A stretch of DNA of 10,427 bases from an uncultured Erysipelotrichaceae bacterium (GTDB taxonomy: Bacteria > Bacillota_I > Bacilli_A > Erysipelotrichales > Erysipelotrichaceae). The stretch spans positions 1 to 10,427 of the forward strand of contig CAYNZZ010000023.1 in assembly GCA_964401865.1 (NCBI GenBank), given 5' to 3'. Shown one piece after another: positions 6,496-10,427 of the stretch (position 1 is its first letter; every line of letters begins with the position of its first letter). Made by a program: the position numbers and the translations under genes. The notes below the pieces were generated by a model that was given only the letters and a program-made list of their open reading frames with translations, did no database searches and was not told the origin of the DNA.

Positions 6496-6501
6496 AAACC
6501 T

Positions 6502-7059
6502 ATGATGACTAAAAAACTTGCATATTTATCATTATTTTTAGCCCTTCAAGTTTTCTTGAGCTTTTTTTATGTGCAAGTAAGCGACAATCTAAGAATTTAT
6601 TTTACTTATGTAATCGTTATGTCGGTTGCGATCATATTTGAACCTAAGATCGCTTTGACATATGCCGTTGTAGAAGATTTGATCGCGTTCTTTATTTATC
6701 CAACTGGACCTTTCTTTTTCGGTTATACCATCACTGCCTTTATGTCGATGTTAATATATTCGCTATTTTTAAATAAAAAAGTTTCGTTGTTAAGAATTAT
6801 ATTTGCCAAAACATCAGTCAATATCATATGTAATATATTAATCAATAGTATCTGGTCGGCAGTTTTATACTCAAAAGGCTTTATCTATTATGTACTTCGT
6901 TCAACGACTAAAAATCTCATTATGTTGCCAATAGAAATAGTTTTGTTTGTTTTGTTTTATAAAATGGTTTATCCATTATTTGTTAAATCTAAGTTAATAT
7001 CAGAAAATGATAAAAACAAAAAATTGGACTTTCAATCAAAGAAAGCCCAACCGCAATAA
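6502..7059 (+). CDS. folT: ECF transporter S component, folate family (FolT-like) membrane protein
   Basis: 185-aa polytopic hydrophobic ORF. It resembles FolT-type S components as I recall them: N-terminus TKKLAYLSLFLALQVFLS, LRIYFTYV, then PTGPFFFGYTITAFMSMLIYSLFLNKK and KNLIMLPIEIVLF. Confidence 0.6.
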   Translation: MMTKKLAYLSLFLALQVFLSFFYVQVSDNLRIYFTYVIVMSVAIIFEPKIALTYAVVEDLIAFFIYPTGPFFFGYTITAFMSMLIYSLFLNKKVSLLRIIFAKTSVNIICNILINSIWSAVLYSKGFIYYVLRSTTKNLIMLPIEIVLFVLFYKMVYPLFVKSKLISENDKNKKLDFQSKKAQPQ

Positions 7060-7376
7060 ATATATATTAAATAGACAATATAGCCATATAAACCGATGCT
7101 GTTAAAGAAAGCCTTTAATTCCGGTATCATAATATAGCCTAAATCCCAAACAAGGAAAAAGATAAACACAAACGAAATCAAAACTTTTCTAAACCATTTT
7201 TCATTTCTTCGGCGATGAGAAACATTGAGCGTCAAACCAAACCAGAATAATAGCGATGCTCGTAATATAGTTATAATGATGAATCCGATCTGCCCTGTAA
7301 GCAACACTTCTAACCATCTAAGCCCTAAAGATAAGATAAGTAGTACCAAGATGGGCATAAAATACTTCTTATACAT
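7032..7376 (-). CDS. Small hypothetical integral membrane protein (about 4 hydrophobic segments)
   Basis: 114-aa ORF. SD AGGGTGA (7383-7389, minus) lies 6 nt before ATG 7376, with an extended -10 upstream. The protein is strongly hydrophobic with an RRRNEKWFRK loop. No family was recognised. Confidence 0.6.
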   Translation of the reverse strand: MYKKYFMPILVLLILSLGLRWLEVLLTGQIGFIIITILRASLLFWFGLTLNVSHRRRNEKWFRKVLISFVFIFFLVWDLGYIMIPELKAFFNSIGLYGYIVYLIYIYCGWAFFD

Positions 7377-7396
7377 TTTTAATCACCCTAACTATT

Positions 7397-7405
7397 ATTT
7401 TATCA
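7397..7405 (-). promoter_or_regulatory. Extended -10 box TGATAAAAT for the 114-aa membrane-protein gene
   Basis: The minus strand reads TGATAAAAT, then about 7 nt, then the SD AGGGTGA. This predicts a short leader of about 14 nt. Confidence 0.45.
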
Positions 7406-7447
7406 TAAATTATTTTTGAAAAATAGACTGGTTAAAAACCTTACATT

Positions 7448-7456
7448 TGCTAAAAT
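7448..7456 (+). promoter_or_regulatory. Extended -10 box TGCTAAAAT facing the orphan intergenic unit
   Basis: The 9-mer is identical to the one at 6472-6480. A weak -35 (TGGTTA, 7429-7434) lies upstream. No annotated + strand gene lies downstream before the terminator at 7612-7633. Confidence 0.35.
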
Positions 7457-7462
7457 TAAGGT

Positions 7463-7635
7463 GTAAAGAAAGAGAGGTCAAAGTGAATGACGCCTACTAT
7501 AGATACTGAGACCTTAGGTCTCAAATAGACAATCAAATATATAATTAAGAAGGCGAAAGCCTGAAAGTAACAATCTGCTAATAGATTGATAGAACGAAAA
7601 CAGACATAAAGAAAATGCCCATATGGGCATTTTTA
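7463..7635 (+). ncRNA. Candidate small transcription unit (structured sRNA and/or mini-ORF), family not recognised
   Basis: The unit is bounded by the extended -10 at 7448-7456 and the terminator at 7612-7633. It contains three hairpins: GAGACC-TTA-GGTCTC (7508-7522), AGGC-GAAA-GCCT (7551-7562, GNRA loop) and CAATCT-GCTAAT-AGATTG (7571-7588). SD-like AGAGAGG (7471-7477) is followed by GTG 7483 (MNDAYYRY*) and ATG 7487 (MTPTIDTETLGLK*). Confidence 0.3.
7612..7633. terminator. Bidirectional rho-independent terminator (typA on -, candidate small unit on +)
   Basis: Perfect palindrome AAAATGCCC-ATAT-GGGCATTTT. It is flanked by an A-tract and a T-tract, so a U-run follows the stem on both strands. 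It begins 2 nt after the typA stop (TAA at 7636-7638, minus). Confidence 0.8.
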
Positions 7636-9459
7636 TTAGTTTTCTTTAGTTACTTCACGCATGTGACGACGACGATCAAGATTTGTTAAATACTTCTTTC
7701 TCAATCGGATATCATCAGGTGTAATTTCTACCAGTTCATCATCATTAATGAATTCAAGCGCTTCTTCTAATGACATAATTCTTGGCGGAACCAGCTTCAT
7801 AGCTTCATCATTACCAGTCGATCTGACGGCAGTCATCTTTTTATTTTTGATTGGATTTACTTCCATATCCATATTCTTAGATGCCATGCCAACAATCATA
7901 CCTTCATATACTTCAGTTTGTGGTGAGATAAATAGTTGACCTCTTTCTTGAATGTTCCACAATGCATAAGTCATTGCTTTACCATTATCACAAGAAATCA
8001 ATACACCGTTTTGACGACCAGGAATTTCACCTTTAAATGGTGCATATTCAATAAACTTATGAACCATTACTCCTTCACCCTTAGTATCATTAATAAATTC
8101 GCTACGGTATCCTAGAAGACCTCTTGTAGGTACGTGATAGATAATCTTTGTATATGATCCTTCATCGACAATATCAATCATTTGACCCTTACGAAGATTC
8201 AATTTATTAATAACTGTGCCGCTATAATCATTAGGTACTGAACACATCACTTCTTCAATCGGTTCACACAATTCATGATCGATGGTTTTCATGATTACTT
8301 CAGGTCTAGAAACTGCTAGTTCATAACCTTCACGACGCATATTTTCCAAAAGAATAGAAATATGTAATTCGCCACGACCAGAAACTTTAAATGTATCAGT
8401 TGAATCAGTCATTTCGACCTTTAAACCAACATTTACTTCTAATTCTTTTTCTAGTCTTTCTTTAATATTTCTTGAGGTTACATATTTCCCGCTTCTTCCT
8501 TGAAATGGCGAAGTATTAACCATAAAATTCATTGATAGCGTTGGTTCTTCGATTTCGATTTGAGGCATTGGTTCACATATACCGTTAGCACAAATTGTAT
8601 CACCGATTTCAATGTCTTCAATACCACTGACTAAAACGATATCACCGCACTGTGCTTCGTCAATGCTAGTTCTATTCAAACCAAGGTAATTAAATAGGTT
8701 AGCAATTTTACAAATTTTATTTTTGCCATAGTTATTGCATACTGTAACATTAGTATTGTTTTTGATAACTCCACTATACACACGTCCAATGCCAATACGA
8801 CCGATGTAATCATCATAAGCCAGAGCAGATACTTGCATTTTTAATGATTCGTCTAATTTATTTGGATATGATTCGACTCTTGAAACAATCGTTTCAAATA
8901 GAGGATCGATATTTTCGTTTGTATCATCAATGTTATATTTAACAATACCCTGTTTAGCTATTCCGTATAGAATAGGGAAATCAATCTGCTCATCATTAGC
9001 ATTTAAGTCTAAAAACAAATCATATACTTCATCAATTACTTCGTTAGGTCTTGCGTCTTTTTTATCAATCTTATTGATTAATAAAATAGGTTTCAAGTTA
9101 GCTTCTAATGACTTCTTAAGCACAAATCTAGTTTGAGGCATCGGCCCTTCAGAAGAATCAACTAATAGAATTACTGTATCGACAGTTTTGATAATTCTTT
9201 CCACTTCACTTGAGAAATCGGCATGTCCTGGTGTATCAACGATATTGATCTTGTAGTCCAAATAATTTACACTACAATTTTTAGAATAGATTGTTATTCC
9301 CCTTTCTCTTTCCAAATCATTTGAATCCATGACTCTATCAACTACTTCTTCATGTTCTTTAAACACGTGTGATTGAGCTAAAAGAGCATCCACAAGGGTG
9401 CTTTTACCAGCATCAACATGGGCTATTACAGCCACATTAATAATCTTTTGAAAATCCAT
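7636..9459 (-). CDS. typA: Translational GTPase TypA/BipA
   Basis: 607-aa ORF. GTPase motifs are present: AHVDAGKSTL, DTPGHADF and NKID. The RVMDSNDLERERGITI block and a C-terminal region typical of BipA-type EF-G-like GTPases are also present. Confidence 0.92.
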   Translation of the reverse strand: MDFQKIINVAVIAHVDAGKSTLVDALLAQSHVFKEHEEVVDRVMDSNDLERERGITIYSKNCSVNYLDYKINIVDTPGHADFSSEVERIIKTVDTVILLVDSSEGPMPQTRFVLKKSLEANLKPILLINKIDKKDARPNEVIDEVYDLFLDLNANDEQIDFPILYGIAKQGIVKYNIDDTNENIDPLFETIVSRVESYPNKLDESLKMQVSALAYDDYIGRIGIGRVYSGVIKNNTNVTVCNNYGKNKICKIANLFNYLGLNRTSIDEAQCGDIVLVSGIEDIEIGDTICANGICEPMPQIEIEEPTLSMNFMVNTSPFQGRSGKYVTSRNIKERLEKELEVNVGLKVEMTDSTDTFKVSGRGELHISILLENMRREGYELAVSRPEVIMKTIDHELCEPIEEVMCSVPNDYSGTVINKLNLRKGQMIDIVDEGSYTKIIYHVPTRGLLGYRSEFINDTKGEGVMVHKFIEYAPFKGEIPGRQNGVLISCDNGKAMTYALWNIQERGQLFISPQTEVYEGMIVGMASKNMDMEVNPIKNKKMTAVRSTGNDEAMKLVPPRIMSLEEALEFINDDELVEITPDDIRLRKKYLTNLDRRRHMREVTKEN

Positions 9460-9467
9460 ACTAAAAT

Positions 9468-9496
9468 ATTATATTCATCTTGACTATTGATTTCAA
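9468..9496 (-). promoter_or_regulatory. Sigma-A type promoter for typA (TTGAAA-17-TATAAT), predicting a leaderless or 2-3 nt leader mRNA
   Basis: On the minus strand the -35 TTGAAA is at 9491-9496, the spacer is 17 nt, and the -10 TATAAT is at 9468-9473. Only 8 nt (attttagt) precede ATG 9459, and there is no SD. Confidence 0.6.
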
Positions 9497-9508
9497 GATT
9501 TATATGAT
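9480..9508 (+). promoter_or_regulatory. Sigma-A type promoter for the tRNA-Leu pair (TTGACT-17-TATGAT)
   Basis: The -35 TTGACT is at 9480-9485, the spacer is 17 nt, and the -10 TATGAT is at 9503-9508. The expected start is about 9515, 4 nt before the first tRNA. Confidence 0.6.
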
Positions 9509-9518
9509 TATTGAAAGC

Positions 9519-9603
9519 GCATCAGTGGCGGAATTGGTAGACGCGCACGCTTGAGGGGCGTGTGAGGCAACTCGTGCAAGTTCAAGTCTTGTCTGGTGCA
9601 CCA
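9519..9603 (+). tRNA. tRNA-Leu (anticodon GAG), class II with long variable arm, CCA encoded
   Basis: Folded by hand. The acceptor stem is GCATCAG/CTGGTGC (one G-U). The D-arm is GCGGAATTGGTAGACGC. The anticodon stem is CACGC/GCGTG with loop TTGAGGG. There is a long variable arm, and the T-arm is GCAAG-TTCAAGT-CTTGT. The discriminator is A, followed by CCA. Confidence 0.9.
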
Positions 9604-9609
9604 AAATAT

Positions 9610-9695
9610 GCGGATATGGCGGAATTGGTAGACGCGCTAGATTCAGATTCTAGTGATGTAATATCATGCAGGTTCAAGTCCTGTTATCCGCACCA
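9610..9695 (+). tRNA. tRNA-Leu (anticodon CAG), class II with long variable arm, CCA encoded
   Basis: The acceptor stem is GCGGATA/TATCCGC. The anticodon stem is CTAGA/TCTAG with loop TTCAGAT. There is a long variable arm, and the T-arm is GCAGG-TTCAAGT-CCTGT. The discriminator is A, followed by CCA. It lies 6 nt after the first tRNA. Confidence 0.9.
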
Positions 9696-9705
9696 TATTA
9701 ATATC

Positions 9706-9736
9706 AAACTTGAACTTTATGTTTCAAGTTTTTAAT
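9706..9736 (+). terminator. AT-rich rho-independent terminator after the tRNA pair
   Basis: AAACTTGAA (9706-9714) pairs with TTCAAGTTT (9723-9731) around an 8-nt loop, and the T-run continues to 9733. Only 2 G-C pairs are present. Confidence 0.5.
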
Positions 9737-9740
9737 ATGA

Positions 9741-9749
9741 TGATAGAAT
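9741..9749 (+). promoter_or_regulatory. Extended -10 box TGATAGAAT upstream of the RibD_C-like gene
   Basis: The 9-mer is identical to the one at 6487-6495. It would give a leader of about 78 nt ending in the strong SD AGGAGG (9822-9827). Confidence 0.4.
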
Positions 9750-9833
9750 GTTTATAGAAATTAAATTAATATTGTCAATATAGTAAACACACTCGTGCAT
9801 TGCACACTACCAATGAACATGTAGGAGGTATAT

Positions 9834-10427
9834 ATGAAAGAAAAACCTATAACAACACTTTTTATGTTGGAATCATTAGATGGAAAAATCAGTAGTGGAA
9901 ATAATGATAATCTTGATGCAGATAAAGATTGGTGTCAAATAGATGGTGTTAAAGAAGGACTTTATCAATATTATGAAATCGAAGCAACTACAGATTTTTA
10001 TTCACTAAATACAGGCAGAGTCATGGCTAAAATTGGTGTTAACGAAAAAGCAGAATACCATGATAAAATGAATTGTAGATTTATTATTATAGATAACAAA
10101 CCTCACTTAAATGAAAAAGGTATAGATTATATATGCCATTGGGTCGATAAACTTATACTTGTTACCACCAATAAAAATCATATTGCGTATTCGTTGCGAG
10201 AAAAATATGACAATCTGGATATATTATTCTATAACGATTTAGATTTAAAAGCTCTATTAATTGATATGGGCAAAAAGTATGATGCAAAAGCAATCACCAT
10301 CCAATCCGGTGGAATGTTAAACGGAAAATTTTTAAGAGATAATTTAATCGATTATGTAAATGTAGTAATTGCTCCGTTATTGGTAGGAGGCAAAGATACA
10401 TCAACTCTTATAGATGGAGAATCAATT
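9834..10427 (+). CDS. RibD C-terminal domain / dihydrofolate-reductase-like family protein (partial, 3' end beyond the window)
   Basis: Not in the ORF track because there is no stop in the window. I translated it by hand: MKEKPITTLFMLESLDGKISSGNNDNLDADKDW...ITIQSGGMLNGKFLRDNLIDYVNVVIAPLLVGGKDTSTLIDGESI. It is 198 codons, in frame to the last base. SD AGGAGG lies 6 nt upstream. The LSLDGKI-type N-terminus and the GG..L...FL...LIDE..L.I.P.L.GG C-terminal pattern are typical of the RibD_C family. Confidence 0.65.
   Translation, partial: MKEKPITTLFMLESLDGKISSGNNDNLDADKDWCQIDGVKEGLYQYYEIEATTDFYSLNTGRVMAKIGVNEKAEYHDKMNCRFIIIDNKPHLNEKGIDYICHWVDKLILVTTNKNHIAYSLREKYDNLDILFYNDLDLKALLIDMGKKYDAKAITIQSGGMLNGKFLRDNLIDYVNVVIAPLLVGGKDTSTLIDGESI

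Noticed and set aside
7460-7612. The possibility that the orphan region is a T-box or riboswitch leader, prompted by the AGAGAGG motif and multiple stems.
   Set aside because: There is no + strand gene downstream to regulate, because typA converges on it. I saw no T-box antiterminator sequence or specifier architecture, and no recognisable riboswitch core.
4191-9136. Short + strand ORFs inside minus-strand genes: 4191..4391, 5473..5667, 5973..6164, 6023..6211, 7225..7419, 7748..7939 and 8930..9136.
   Set aside because: These are antisense shadow ORFs within genes that have strong family motifs (SPOUT, U32, TypA) or a membrane-protein signature. They are 62-68 aa with no SD and no recognisable motif.
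9788-9808. The palindrome GTGCA-T-TGCAC (9795-9805), flanked by direct CACACT repeats, in the leader of the RibD_C-like gene as a possible operator.
   Set aside because: The arms are only 5 bp, and the 1-nt spacer cannot form an RNA hairpin. This length is expected by chance in a 10-kb window. It would be worth revisiting only if it is conserved upstream of orthologues.
1-10427. CRISPR arrays, transposase or integrase genes, terminal inverted repeats, toxin-antitoxin or other defence-type gene pairs.
   Set aside because: I saw no spaced direct repeats, recombinase-like ORFs or flanking inverted repeats. Gene content is housekeeping plus one decayed surface-protein locus.

Overview
This is a visibly AT-rich, Bacillota-like chromosomal segment with mostly minus-strand genes. 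All calls rest on reading the sequence and recognising motifs; no database search was possible.

Left to right:
- A secreted 532-aa protein with Listeria-Bacteroides (Flg_new / InlB B-type) repeats and a Cys-rich tail.
- A decayed surface-protein locus. A signal peptide, an acidic linker and a short beta-helix adhesin fragment run in-frame into the C-terminal third of a class-B sortase. A frame break sits inside the signal peptide, and a G9 homopolymer sits in the linker.
- A tightly coupled four-gene RNA-modification operon. It holds a U32 pair of the YrrN/YrrO (TrhP1/TrhP2) type followed by two SPOUT/TrmH methyltransferases.
- A divergent folate-type ECF S-component gene (folT-like) that looks leaderless.
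- A small convergent, overlapping membrane-protein gene.
- About 170 nt of unexplained intergenic sequence that has its own promoter-like box, hairpins and a terminator.
- typA/bipA.
- Two tandem tRNA-Leu genes (GAG and CAG anticodons), expressed from a promoter interdigitated with the typA promoter.
- The 5' part of a RibD_C/DHFR-like reductase gene that runs off the window.

There is no CRISPR array, recognisable mobile element or obvious defence system. The most unusual items are the adhesin-sortase chimera with its frame break and poly-G tract, the U32+SPOUT operon architecture, the orphan structured unit next to typA, and the apparently leaderless first genes.
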